Positions 1 to 8,948 of a DNA stretch of 53,645 nucleotides are shown in pieces. The notes beneath the pieces were generated by a model. The model was not told where the DNA came from, did not search any database, and saw only the letters and a list, made by a program, of their open reading frames with translations. The stretch is from an uncultured Bacilli bacterium (GTDB taxonomy: Bacteria > Bacillota_I > Bacilli_A > RF39 > UBA660), in assembly GCA_944363925.1 (NCBI GenBank), contig CALVVS010000003.1, positions 1 to 53,645 of the forward strand, given 5' to 3'. Position 1 is the stretch's first letter; each line of letters starts with the position of its first letter. The position numbers and the translations under genes were made by a program.

Positions 1-69
1 TGGATTTCTCCTATTCAAAAAAGAGATATTTTAAAAGAAGCTTGTGCTAACGCACTGCTTCCTAATTAA
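1..69 (+). CDS. 3' end of an upstream gene (partial; ...WISPIQKRDILKEACANALLPN*)
   Basis: Frame 1 is open from base 1 to TAA at 67-69 and is followed by an AT-rich intergenic region. Too short to identify. Confidence 0.4.
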   Translation, partial: WISPIQKRDILKEACANALLPN

Positions 70-176
70 TATTTTTTACGACTTTTTGGTCTCACATCAT
101 TGACAACTACACATTTTTTTTGTGTCAATTTTTGTCTAATTAGGTAAGGGTTATCATGTACTTTGAAAGGTTTATT

Positions 177-206
177 TGATATAATTATATTAAGATAAAT
201 AGGAGG
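177..206 (+). promoter_or_regulatory. Extended -10 promoter element (TGaTATAAT, 177-185) and RBS AGGAGG (201-206) for the autolysin gene
   Basis: Direct match to the sigma-A extended -10 and Shine-Dalgarno consensus upstream of ATG 216. Confidence 0.6.
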
Positions 207-215
207 GCATAAAAT

Positions 216-3200
216 ATGAAAAAAGGGTTTAAAATATTTATCATTATTTTATTTTTGATGTTTAATTTTATGCCTTTTTATAAGGTTTCAGCGGCATCTA
301 CGTATACAGTTGAGATGGTGGCAAATCAGACTGGTAATAAAGTTATTGGGCGCTATAGCAGTTATAGTGCGGCTTTGAGTGCGATGAACAGTCAAAGTTC
401 AAATGCGAATAGTGTGGCGACTATTTATCGTGATGGTGTGCCAGTGGATAGTAAGTATGCTATTTTTAAGTTTAAACCAGGTAGTACTTATAATTTATAT
501 ACTTCTAGTACGACTAATTCGGCTTATACGTCAGTACATGGTTCTTATGGAACAGATGCGGCGGTACTTGGATATAGTGATAATGGCCGCGTTAAGATTA
601 TGATTAGTGGTTTTGTAGGTTGGACTAGTATTAACAATGGTGTGGTGACGCCTATTTCTTTACTTGGGGTAAATGGCAATGTGATTAATGTACCTGGTGG
701 TTTAGGAATTAGAATTAGAAAATCACCTTCACTTTCTGGCTCGGTAATTACACAGGTTGGTACATCGACTAATTTTAATTATACAGAGACTAGGCAAGCT
801 GATGGTTATACTTGGTATAAGATTAATTATAATGGTTCTGAGGCTTGGATTGCAAAGACAGATAGTGTGACAGTACTTACTGGGATGAACGGACTTGGTA
901 CTTATTATGAAAGAAATACTAGTACTAATAATTTAATTCACCATTTTGCTTATTATAATGGTAGTGGTTATGGTGATACGTTTGCTAATTTGGGAACGGC
1001 GCCAACTTATTTGACACCTGGCGTTAGATATTACAGTTTTGATGGTAATTATTTTTATTCTTCTATTACTAGTATGCTTGATGATTATAGAAATGGTAAA
1101 TATACAAGCAGTGTGAATGCGAATAGTCCACATTATGCTTATTATTTATATTTATCTAGTCACTCTGTGACTGGTTATACAGCTAGTGATTTTGACAATA
1201 TTATTGCTAGTAAAGGTTATACAGCAGCAAATTCTAAGATGTATGGAACAGGAAAGTATTTTAAAGAGGCGGAAGCTACTTATGGACAAAATGCTTTAAT
1301 GATGTTTGGTACGGCTTCAAATGAAAGTGCTTATGGTACTAGTAGGATAGCGATGGATAAGAATAATTTATTTGGTTATGGAGCGGCTGATAGTTGTGCT
1401 TATGAGTGTGCTTATTCTTATAATAGTCCACGTGATTCAATTATGGATTATGCGCAGAAGACAGGTGGTAGCTATTCACTTGCAACTGGCAAATATTATT
1501 ATGGTAGTCACTATGGAAATAAGGCTAGTGGACGAAATGTGAAGTATGCGACAGATCCATATTGGGGTGAAAAACAGGCTAGTAATTCATTTAATAATGA
1601 TAAAGATTATGGTGGCAAGGATTTTAATTCAAGTACGATAGGGGCTGTCAAAAAAAATATTCCTAGTCCTTGGGTATTTGATAAACCTGAGAGAACTAAT
1701 GAAGCACACATTTATACTTTGAAAAACCCTAATAGTAATGATATCGTTAATGATTTGGCGGTTAATGTTGTCGATAAGGTTGTTGGACTAAATGGTGTTC
1801 AATTTTATAAGATTTATACTGATTTACCAGCTAGTGATGGAATACTTTATGGATATATTCCTACCGAAGAGGTTAATGTTACAAATAATCAACCAGTTAT
1901 TAATGCAACTGACAGAACGATTAAAGAAGGAGATGATTTTAATCCGTTAGATGGTGTTAGTGCATCTGATGTAGAAAATGGTAATATTACTAATAAAATT
2001 ACGTATGAGAGCGATGTTAATCCTAATGAAGAAGGTACTTATCATGTGATTTATACGGTTTCGGATAATAGTAATTTTCATGCGAGTAAAAAAATTACGG
2101 TTAAAGTTATTTCGGCTGAGCTTCCAATTATTACAGCAGCTGATAGAGAGGTTAAACAATTTGAAGAATTTGATTATATGGAAGGGGTTAGTGCACGAGC
2201 TTATGATGGCACTGATTTAACTGATGATATTACTTATGAAGAAACTGTAGACACGGATGTCGCTGGTGATTATTACGTTACTTATAAGGTTAAGGATGCT
2301 AAAGGTAAAGAAGTTAGTTTGAAGGTTAAGGTTACTGTTTTACCTAATGAGAAACCAGTTATTGAAGCTTCTGATAAGGAAATTTATTTGAATAGTGAAT
2401 TTGATTATTTAGAAGGTGTTACAGCTCATGATGCGGAAGACGGTGAAATTAAGGATATTGAGTATATTGGAGAGGTTAAGACCGATGAGGTTGGCGATTA
2501 TCAAATTACCTATATAGTTACTGATAAAAATGGTCAAGAGACTAGAAAAACTATTACAGTTAAGGTGATTGTCAATCAGCTTCCGGTGATTAATGTTTCT
2601 GATAAGACAATTACAATAAATAGTGATTTTGATCCGTTAGAAGGTGTTACAGCTTATGATACTGAAGATGGAACTATTACAGATATAGTGGTTGAAAAAA
2701 ATGATGTTAAGACTGATACTTTAGGTAAGTATGAAGTTACTTATTCGGTTACGGATACTTACGGACAAAAAGTTACAAAGACGATTACGGTTACTGTTAG
2801 TGAGAAAGTATTAATAGAAAAAGAAGGCGAGTTTTATTTAGATGGAATAAAATGGAATAATGCATCTAAAAAATATGAAATAAGTGGATATTTGATACAA
2901 TTAGGTGCAAATAATGGAATTGATGATAATTTAAAGTTTCAATTAGTGTTAAAAAATAAAAATACTAATGAAAAATATAATGTTAATGTAGATAGATGGA
3001 AAGATAATTTACCATATGATTTAGGCGAAGAAAACGGATATGACTATCGTGGAGCTTGGTTTAAGGGAGAGCTTGATTTATCTGGTATTCCTCAAGGTGA
3101 TTATGATTTATATATGAGAAGCGAAAGCGATGATTATTATACGGAGACTTTATTTTCTAATATTTTAAATAGTTCTATTGATAAAAGAAATGAAGATGAT

Positions 3201-3743
3201 AATAAAGGTTATAGTTTTTATGTTAATTTAAATAAAAAGAATAAAGCTGTTGAACTTAGTGTTAGAAATGGTGGGCTTATTACAACTAGTGCATCACCAA
3301 CTTATAGGAATATGATTAATGATTATGATAATATGAGTTTTGATGGTAATTATCTTAAAGTTTTTGGTACTTCATATAATTATGGTGTTGATTATAGTAA
3401 TTTGTCTAATATTAGTAGAAAAGTATATTTGGAAAATGTAGAGAATTTTGATCTTATTTCTGCAGATATTGATAGTACTAATAAAGGTAGTTATACTGTT
3501 ACTTCTTTAGATGGTTTATCAAAAGAATATGTATGGTATAATGGGCAAATAGATGTGTCAGGGTTAGACAAAGGTACTTATGCAATCATTATTGATACCA
3601 AAGAGGGAAACAACGAAGATTATGGTTATGTTAATGATAAGTTTAATGCAATTAATGAAGCTAAGGCAACTATTGATGGTAAAAATTATAAATTAATTGT
3701 TAATACAGAAAAAAACAATCGTATTGAACTAGTAATTAGTTAA
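216..3743 (+). CDS. Secreted GH73 (glucosaminidase) cell-wall hydrolase with an SH3b domain, four Ig-like (DUF5011-type) repeats and two C-terminal beta-rich repeats
   Basis: Signal peptide (..VSA/AS); SH3b-like IRIRKSPS..GYTWYKI..AWI; GH73 motifs ASNESAYG, NNLFGYGA and YATDPYW; four repeats of P-x-I-x-A-x-D..F-x-x-L/M-x-GV-x-A-x-D..G-x-Y-x-V-x-Y-x-V-x-D. Confidence 0.85.
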   Translation: MKKGFKIFIIILFLMFNFMPFYKVSAASTYTVEMVANQTGNKVIGRYSSYSAALSAMNSQSSNANSVATIYRDGVPVDSKYAIFKFKPGSTYNLYTSSTTNSAYTSVHGSYGTDAAVLGYSDNGRVKIMISGFVGWTSINNGVVTPISLLGVNGNVINVPGGLGIRIRKSPSLSGSVITQVGTSTNFNYTETRQADGYTWYKINYNGSEAWIAKTDSVTVLTGMNGLGTYYERNTSTNNLIHHFAYYNGSGYGDTFANLGTAPTYLTPGVRYYSFDGNYFYSSITSMLDDYRNGKYTSSVNANSPHYAYYLYLSSHSVTGYTASDFDNIIASKGYTAANSKMYGTGKYFKEAEATYGQNALMMFGTASNESAYGTSRIAMDKNNLFGYGAADSCAYECAYSYNSPRDSIMDYAQKTGGSYSLATGKYYYGSHYGNKASGRNVKYATDPYWGEKQASNSFNNDKDYGGKDFNSSTIGAVKKNIPSPWVFDKPERTNEAHIYTLKNPNSNDIVNDLAVNVVDKVVGLNGVQFYKIYTDLPASDGILYGYIPTEEVNVTNNQPVINATDRTIKEGDDFNPLDGVSASDVENGNITNKITYESDVNPNEEGTYHVIYTVSDNSNFHASKKITVKVISAELPIITAADREVKQFEEFDYMEGVSARAYDGTDLTDDITYEETVDTDVAGDYYVTYKVKDAKGKEVSLKVKVTVLPNEKPVIEASDKEIYLNSEFDYLEGVTAHDAEDGEIKDIEYIGEVKTDEVGDYQITYIVTDKNGQETRKTITVKVIVNQLPVINVSDKTITINSDFDPLEGVTAYDTEDGTITDIVVEKNDVKTDTLGKYEVTYSVTDTYGQKVTKTITVTVSEKVLIEKEGEFYLDGIKWNNASKKYEISGYLIQLGANNGIDDNLKFQLVLKNKNTNEKYNVNVDRWKDNLPYDLGEENGYDYRGAWFKGELDLSGIPQGDYDLYMRSESDDYYTETLFSNILNSSIDKRNEDDNKGYSFYVNLNKKNKAVELSVRNGGLITTSASPTYRNMINDYDNMSFDGNYLKVFGTSYNYGVDYSNLSNISRKVYLENVENFDLISADIDSTNKGSYTVTSLDGLSKEYVWYNGQIDVSGLDKGTYAIIIDTKEGNNEDYGYVNDKFNAINEAKATIDGKNYKLIVNTEKNNRIELVIS

Positions 3744-3800
3744 TATGATTGTTTTTTTTATTGCTAAGAATTTGCTTTACGAAGGTTTAGAAACAAGTTA

Positions 3801-3829
3801 TTTACAAATGTAACTGTTCGTGATATATT
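3801..3829 (+). promoter_or_regulatory. Sigma-A promoter TTTACA-N17-TATATT with extended TG
   Basis: TTTACA at 3801-3806, TG at 3821-3822, TATATT at 3824-3829. It overlaps the TTG start given in the ORF track, which favours ATG 3861 as the true start. Confidence 0.6.
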
Positions 3830-3860
3830 GATTGTATCAACGTTGGAAAGTGATGGTGTA

Positions 3861-4487
3861 ATGAAATATTTAAGAAATAAATTTATTGATTTGAATACAA
3901 AAATTAATTTTGTTAAAAATAATAATTATCTAAATGTTAATACATATAATGATGTAAAAATTTTAAGAGATGTAGTTAAAAATGATTTAGATTTAAATAG
4001 AGGAATTATAGTTAATATGGCTACTGGAATATGCGCTAAAATAACTAAAGAAACAGTAAATAAAATTATTTTTCCTAAGTATAAGTTTAATTATTTTAAT
4101 AAAAGATATGTTGATAATTTAAATGCTGCACGTTTATTAAAGGAGTTATTTTGTACAGCTATTTATATTGATACATTAAAACCAATGAAGAATAAAAGCA
4201 ATAGTATTAATGAAAAAGGTTATCATCATTTTGTGGCTCCATTAAAAATGAATAGTAATTGTTATAAAGCATATATTACTGTAAAACAGAAGCGAAATTC
4301 TAATATTTTATATGTAGTTTCAGTTGTATTGTTCAAATTTGATTATTCGTTAGATTTTATTACTGCAAAGGATTTAATTGATAATACAAGTATTTGGAAT
4401 TATGAATTAAATGATTATAACTATTATAGTTATGCTGATTTTATTGCTGAAAATTTTAAATATAATTATGTTTGGTTAATAAGTTAA
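3861..4487 (+). CDS. Stand-alone LPD3-like (predicted BECR-fold RNase-like) domain protein
   Basis: The pattern IVNxxTG..KI.....LxELFxxAxY....K.....YHHFVAPL.....YxAxITVK......LY resembles the large-polyvalent-protein-associated domain 3 family. Recognised by eye. Confidence 0.55.
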   Translation: MKYLRNKFIDLNTKINFVKNNNYLNVNTYNDVKILRDVVKNDLDLNRGIIVNMATGICAKITKETVNKIIFPKYKFNYFNKRYVDNLNAARLLKELFCTAIYIDTLKPMKNKSNSINEKGYHHFVAPLKMNSNCYKAYITVKQKRNSNILYVVSVVLFKFDYSLDFITAKDLIDNTSIWNYELNDYNYYSYADFIAENFKYNYVWLIS

Positions 4488-4493
4488 TTGTAT

Positions 4494-4557
4494 GAAAAAA
4501 GAGAGCCCATACGCAAGCGTGCAGCTTCCATATTTTGTGGAATCTCTCTTTTTCTGT
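4494..4557 (-). ncRNA. Candidate ~65-nt structured small RNA (three-way junction ending in a U-tract), convergent with the LPD3-like gene
   Basis: Outer stem AAAAAGAGAG/CUCUCUUUUU encloses two hairpins (UUCCA-7nt-UGGAA and ACG-CUUG-CGU). It is a GC-rich island directly downstream of a consensus minus-strand promoter. Confidence 0.5.
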
Positions 4558-4561
4558 AGTA

Positions 4562-4590
4562 ATTTTATCACATAGTGTTATGTCTGTCAA
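4562..4590 (-). promoter_or_regulatory. Strong sigma-A promoter TTGACA-N17-TAAAAT with TGTG extended -10 and no downstream ORF
   Basis: Plus-strand tgtcaa at 4585-4590 and atttta at 4562-4567, with a 17-nt spacer. Confidence 0.7.
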
Positions 4591-4600
4591 TGGTTATAAT

Positions 4601-6655
4601 TTATTTTGCGATTATAATTTCAACTGTACTTGGGCAAGAGACAGTTCCGCCTTTAAATCCTCCTACATATGAGCCAGAGGTTAATTCTGCACTAGGATCA
4701 CCAGTAACGACTATATTTATGCCCGGAAAATTGGAATGAAAATAATTTTCAATTAAACTTTTGGTGGTAGTGTAATTTTCACCTCGATTAAAGATTTCAT
4801 TTAAAGGTCTAATGCTTATATTGTAAGATGAACTTTTGCATTGATTTGTGTTAGTTGTTCCACTACTAGAGTTACCACCTGATGAGTTAGAATTATTTCC
4901 TCCAGAAGGTTTTGAAGAAGTTGAAGATGAACTTGAAGAGTTATTTTTATTAGATGATGTTTTATTATTAGTTTTTTTATTTGTAGCGATTGTTATAACT
5001 ATATTATCACCTTTAGAAATTTGAGTTCCAGCAGCAATGTTTTGACTTATTACTTTGCCGGAGGTTATTTTTGTATTATATTCTTCGTTAAATGTACATG
5101 TTATTCCTAAATTATTACACTCGCTTTGGACGGCTGATTTTGTTTTATTTTTAAAATCTGGGACGGTTACAGCAGTACCTTTAGAGACGTATACTATAAT
5201 AGTATCATTTAAGTTTATATTTGTACCTTCTTCTATAGATGTTTTAATTATTTGATCTTTTTCTATATCATTATTAAATTCTTCTTTGATTTCATATTTA
5301 ATACCATTAGTGTCGGCCCAACTTTTGAAATCATTTATATTATTAAATTTTTTCATGGTAAGTGGTCCTTTTGAGAAGACAACATCGACGGTTGTTCCTT
5401 CTTCGATGATATCGCCTTCTTTATAATTGCTTTCAATAACTCTACCTGATTTTATATTATTATCATATCTATCTGAATAATTAATTTGAAGGTTATTTTC
5501 AACCATCCATTTGGTAATTTCAGACATGGTTTTATTTTTTAAATTAGGTACTTTAATTTCTTTACCTTTAGAGATAGTTAGAGTTATTAATTCGTCTGGT
5601 TTAACGGTAGTGCCGGCTTTAGGACTACTACTTATGACGTGTCCTTTTTCTATTTGATTTGAAAATTCGTATTTTAACTGATATAAGATGCCATTTCTTC
5701 CTAGATAAACTGAAGCATTTAAAAGGCTTTCATTTTTTAAATCTTTAAGTTTAATAGGGGATAGAGCTGCTTTATCACCTAAGGAAACTGTAAAGATTAT
5801 TGGCTCATTTCTTTTTATTTGGCCAGTTTTACTTTGACTTATGACGGTATCTTTTTTGATGTTTAGATTTTCCTCAAAGTTTATAGATACATTATTTAGG
5901 AAATTTTCATTTATAAATTTTAAAACGTCATCGATATTCCAACCGGTCATATCGGCTAGGATAATTTCTTTATTATAGTCCGGGCCATTTGAAACGACAA
6001 AATCAATATTGTCGATGTTTTTGGTTAAGGTTTCAGCTTTCTCGCTTTGACTGATAACATTATATTTTTTAGTAGTGTCACTATATTCAAAATCTTGATT
6101 TGTTTTAATATCATTTTTTTCAGTCCAGTTGATAGCTTTGGTTAAATTTTTACTTTCAAAGTTTGGCAAATAATTTTGTTTTGGAAGATTTATTATGTTT
6201 GAGATATATAAGCCATTGAAAGTTAGGGTAAGCATAACAACAAGAGCTGTTATAATGGTTGGAGCAGTTTTATTTTTAAAGAAAGATTTTTTGAAGCTGA
6301 CAAGAAAACATGTCATTAGAATTAATAGCAAAAAGGCATTGATTATTTGATATACTTGATCGATTTGATTTGAAGAATCAATGATTAAATAAAAGAAAAC
6401 AGCAACAGTAATTACATATGTGATTGATAGAATTATATTAGTGCCTTTAGGTTTTGATATTTCGCTTTTATTTTCTTTTGGTTCTTTTTTTCTTGGATTT
6501 TTATAGATGTTTTTTTTATCATCAAAGATGATATTTTTAAGTTCTTTTCTTTTTTCTTCTAATTCTTTTTCTTTTTCTATTTGTTTGTTTTTTAGGTCTT
6601 CTTCAAATTGTTTTCTTTCTGTTCTTGTTTTATATTGTTCATTTTTATTTTCCAT
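4601..6655 (-). CDS. Membrane protein with multiple PASTA repeats (about 6), three N-terminal TM helices and a Ser/Asn-rich linker; no kinase or PBP domain
   Basis: Repeated VPxFxxK....YSxxIxxGxVISQS.....V.....I...VSxG motifs; charged N-terminal coiled coil; hydrophobic segments at about aa 73-150. Confidence 0.85.
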   Translation of the reverse strand: MENKNEQYKTRTERKQFEEDLKNKQIEKEKELEEKRKELKNIIFDDKKNIYKNPRKKEPKENKSEISKPKGTNIILSITYVITVAVFFYLIIDSSNQIDQVYQIINAFLLLILMTCFLVSFKKSFFKNKTAPTIITALVVMLTLTFNGLYISNIINLPKQNYLPNFESKNLTKAINWTEKNDIKTNQDFEYSDTTKKYNVISQSEKAETLTKNIDNIDFVVSNGPDYNKEIILADMTGWNIDDVLKFINENFLNNVSINFEENLNIKKDTVISQSKTGQIKRNEPIIFTVSLGDKAALSPIKLKDLKNESLLNASVYLGRNGILYQLKYEFSNQIEKGHVISSSPKAGTTVKPDELITLTISKGKEIKVPNLKNKTMSEITKWMVENNLQINYSDRYDNNIKSGRVIESNYKEGDIIEEGTTVDVVFSKGPLTMKKFNNINDFKSWADTNGIKYEIKEEFNNDIEKDQIIKTSIEEGTNINLNDTIIVYVSKGTAVTVPDFKNKTKSAVQSECNNLGITCTFNEEYNTKITSGKVISQNIAAGTQISKGDNIVITIATNKKTNNKTSSNKNNSSSSSSTSSKPSGGNNSNSSGGNSSSGTTNTNQCKSSSYNISIRPLNEIFNRGENYTTTKSLIENYFHSNFPGINIVVTGDPSAELTSGSYVGGFKGGTVSCPSTVEIIIAK

Positions 6656-6837
6656 AATATCACCTATAATAATTATACATGAAATACTTATTTATTGGTA
6701 TATTTTAGGGGTTATTTATCTTTTATTTGACATACTCGTTTACAAAGAGAGAAATGTAATTTAATGTTGATTAAAAATAAGATTAATGATAATATAAAAT
6801 AGAATTGTTTGTTAAAATTGGAAGGTTTGGTTAAATT

Positions 6838-7830
6838 ATGAAAAAAGGATTAGTAAGTATTATCGTACCTGTATATAATGCTCAAAAATATTTAGAAAGA
6901 TGTTTAAATAGTCTTTTTAATCAAACATATAAAAATATTGAAATTGTTGCTGTTAATGATGGTTCTACTGATGATAGTAAGAAAATTTTAAATATTTTAG
7001 CAGAAAAAGATAAAAGACTTAAAGTTATTAATCAAAAAAATGCGGGCGTTTCTAGTGCGAGAAATAAAGGCATAAGTGAGGCAAACGGCGAGTTTTTGAT
7101 GTTTGTTGATGCTGATGATTGGATTAGTTTGGAAACAGTCCAGGTTTGTATTAATAATATTGGAAAACATAGTATGGTTAGATTTATGATGCAATATGCG
7201 AACGATGAGGCTTTACTAGATATATATCCGTGTTTTTATAATGACAAAAATATGACTATAAGTGCGAAAAGATTATTTGAAGATATTATTTCTTATAAAG
7301 TTGGCGGACATTGTGTTTATTATTTGTATAGAACTAATATTATTAAGGATAATAAAATTAAATTTTTAATTGATATTAAATATTGTGAAGATCTTTGCTT
7401 TGTTTTAGAGGTTTTGAAAAAGGCAGTTACCATAAAGATTATCCCAAATGTTTTTTACAAGTATTATACTAATTTTCAAAGTGCTACTCAAAATTTTGAA
7501 TCAAAAATACGCAATTTACAATCTTTGCCTAAGCTTAGAGAAAAAGTGTTTGATATTTTTCCTACTAAGTATAGGGATGAATATAAAAAATTATATAATC
7601 AAACATTACTTTCATTACTTTTAGATTATTATTCAAGTTTTTCTACTTTGTCTTATAAGAATTTTAAAGAAAATGTCAAAAAAATTAATAAAGTAATAAA
7701 GCCTATGATAAATGAAATAGGAAAGGATAATTTTAATATTAAATGGCGAATTTTTATTAAGTTGAATTTACTTAATTATATATATTTATTATATTTGTAT
7801 ATGAAAATTTATCAGAAGAAATTTAAATAG
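6838..7830 (+). CDS. GT2 family glycosyltransferase
   Basis: [25 protein letters not shown] and FVDADD motifs. Confidence 0.9.
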   Translation: MKKGLVSIIVPVYNAQKYLERCLNSLFNQTYKNIEIVAVNDGSTDDSKKILNILAEKDKRLKVINQKNAGVSSARNKGISEANGEFLMFVDADDWISLETVQVCINNIGKHSMVRFMMQYANDEALLDIYPCFYNDKNMTISAKRLFEDIISYKVGGHCVYYLYRTNIIKDNKIKFLIDIKYCEDLCFVLEVLKKAVTIKIIPNVFYKYYTNFQSATQNFESKIRNLQSLPKLREKVFDIFPTKYRDEYKKLYNQTLLSLLLDYYSSFSTLSYKNFKENVKKINKVIKPMINEIGKDNFNIKWRIFIKLNLLNYIYLLYLYMKIYQKKFK

Positions 7831-7855
7831 TAATTTTTTTTAAAGGGTGTGAATT

Positions 7856-8821
7856 ATGATGAAGAAGATTTCTTTAGTTGTTCCTTGTTATAACGAGGAA
7901 GCTGTTATTAAATTGTTTTATGCAGAAATTCAAAAAATTGAGAAAAATTTTACTGATGTAGAATTTGAAATAATTTTTATAAACGATGGTTCTAGGGATA
8001 AAACATTGGAGCTTATGCGAGAATTATCTAAAAACGATGATGTTAGGTATGTTTCATTTTCACGCAATTTTGGTAAGGAAGCGGCTATGTATGCAGGTCT
8101 TGAAGCTTCTTCAGGTGATTATGTAGCTATTATGGATGCGGATTTACAAGATCCGCCAGCTTTACTTAAAGAGATGTATGAAATTTTAGAATCTGGTGAA
8201 TATGATAGTGTGGCTACGAGAAGAGTAACTCGCAAAGGCGAACCGGTAATTAGAAGCTTTTTTGCAAGACTTTATTATAAAATTATTAATAAAATTTCTA
8301 AAACAGAGATTGTCGATGGTGCTAGAGATTTTAGGCTAATGACAAGACAAATGGTTAATGCAGTTTTAGAAGTTAAGGAATATAACAGATTTTCTAAGGG
8401 AATTTTTTCTTGGGTTGGCTTTCGCACTAAATGGCTTGAATATGAGAATATAGAAAGAGCAGCAGGGGAGACTAAGTGGTCTTTTTGGAAGTTATTTTTA
8501 TATTCTTTAGATAGTATTGTGGCTTTTTCGACTGTTCCACTTTCAATTGCATCGGTTATGGGAATACTTTTTTGCTTTGTGGCCTTTTTGATGATTATTT
8601 TTGTAATTGTAAGAACACTTATATATGGTGATCCAACAAGTGGATGGCCGAGTATGGTATGTATTATGTTTTTTATAGGTGGAGTGCAGCTTCTTTGTAT
8701 TGGAATTATTGGTCAATATTTATCTAAGGCTTATTTGGAGGTTAAAAGAAGACCTATTTATATTGTAGCTGAGACAGAAGAAAGTAAAATAAGAGCTAAA
8801 AACGATGATGAAGTTATATAA
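7856..8821 (+). CDS. Undecaprenyl-phosphate glycosyltransferase (GtrB/CsbB/YkoT-like GT2 with two C-terminal TM helices)
   Basis: VVPCYNEE, SFSRNFGKEAA, MDADLQDPP, DFRLM, two TM helices, and EVKRRPIYIV. Confidence 0.9.
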   Translation: MMKKISLVVPCYNEEAVIKLFYAEIQKIEKNFTDVEFEIIFINDGSRDKTLELMRELSKNDDVRYVSFSRNFGKEAAMYAGLEASSGDYVAIMDADLQDPPALLKEMYEILESGEYDSVATRRVTRKGEPVIRSFFARLYYKIINKISKTEIVDGARDFRLMTRQMVNAVLEVKEYNRFSKGIFSWVGFRTKWLEYENIERAAGETKWSFWKLFLYSLDSIVAFSTVPLSIASVMGILFCFVAFLMIIFVIVRTLIYGDPTSGWPSMVCIMFFIGGVQLLCIGIIGQYLSKAYLEVKRRPIYIVAETEESKIRAKNDDEVI

Positions 8822-8948
8822 CTCTTTTTTTATCAAGAAAATTAATTTTCTTGTTGTTATTAAGTATTAAAAATTTGATTTTATTTGGTGATTTTATAAA
8901 TTTTTGTTATACTAATATAAGATATGATTATGAATGGTTGGTGATTTT

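Noticed and set aside
100-128. TTGACA...TGTCAA inverted repeat upstream of the autolysin
   Set aside because: No correctly spaced -10 for the plus-strand hexamer; it could be a weak terminator or operator, but evidence is insufficient.
4494-4557. Multi-hairpin element as a tRNA or tRNA remnant
   Set aside because: It has only two inner arms, no TTC T-loop, D-loop or CCA end; kept as an ncRNA candidate instead.
4860-4980. Low-complexity GAA/TGA-rich stretch as a repeat element
   Set aside because: It simply encodes the Ser/Asn/Gly-rich linker of the PASTA protein.
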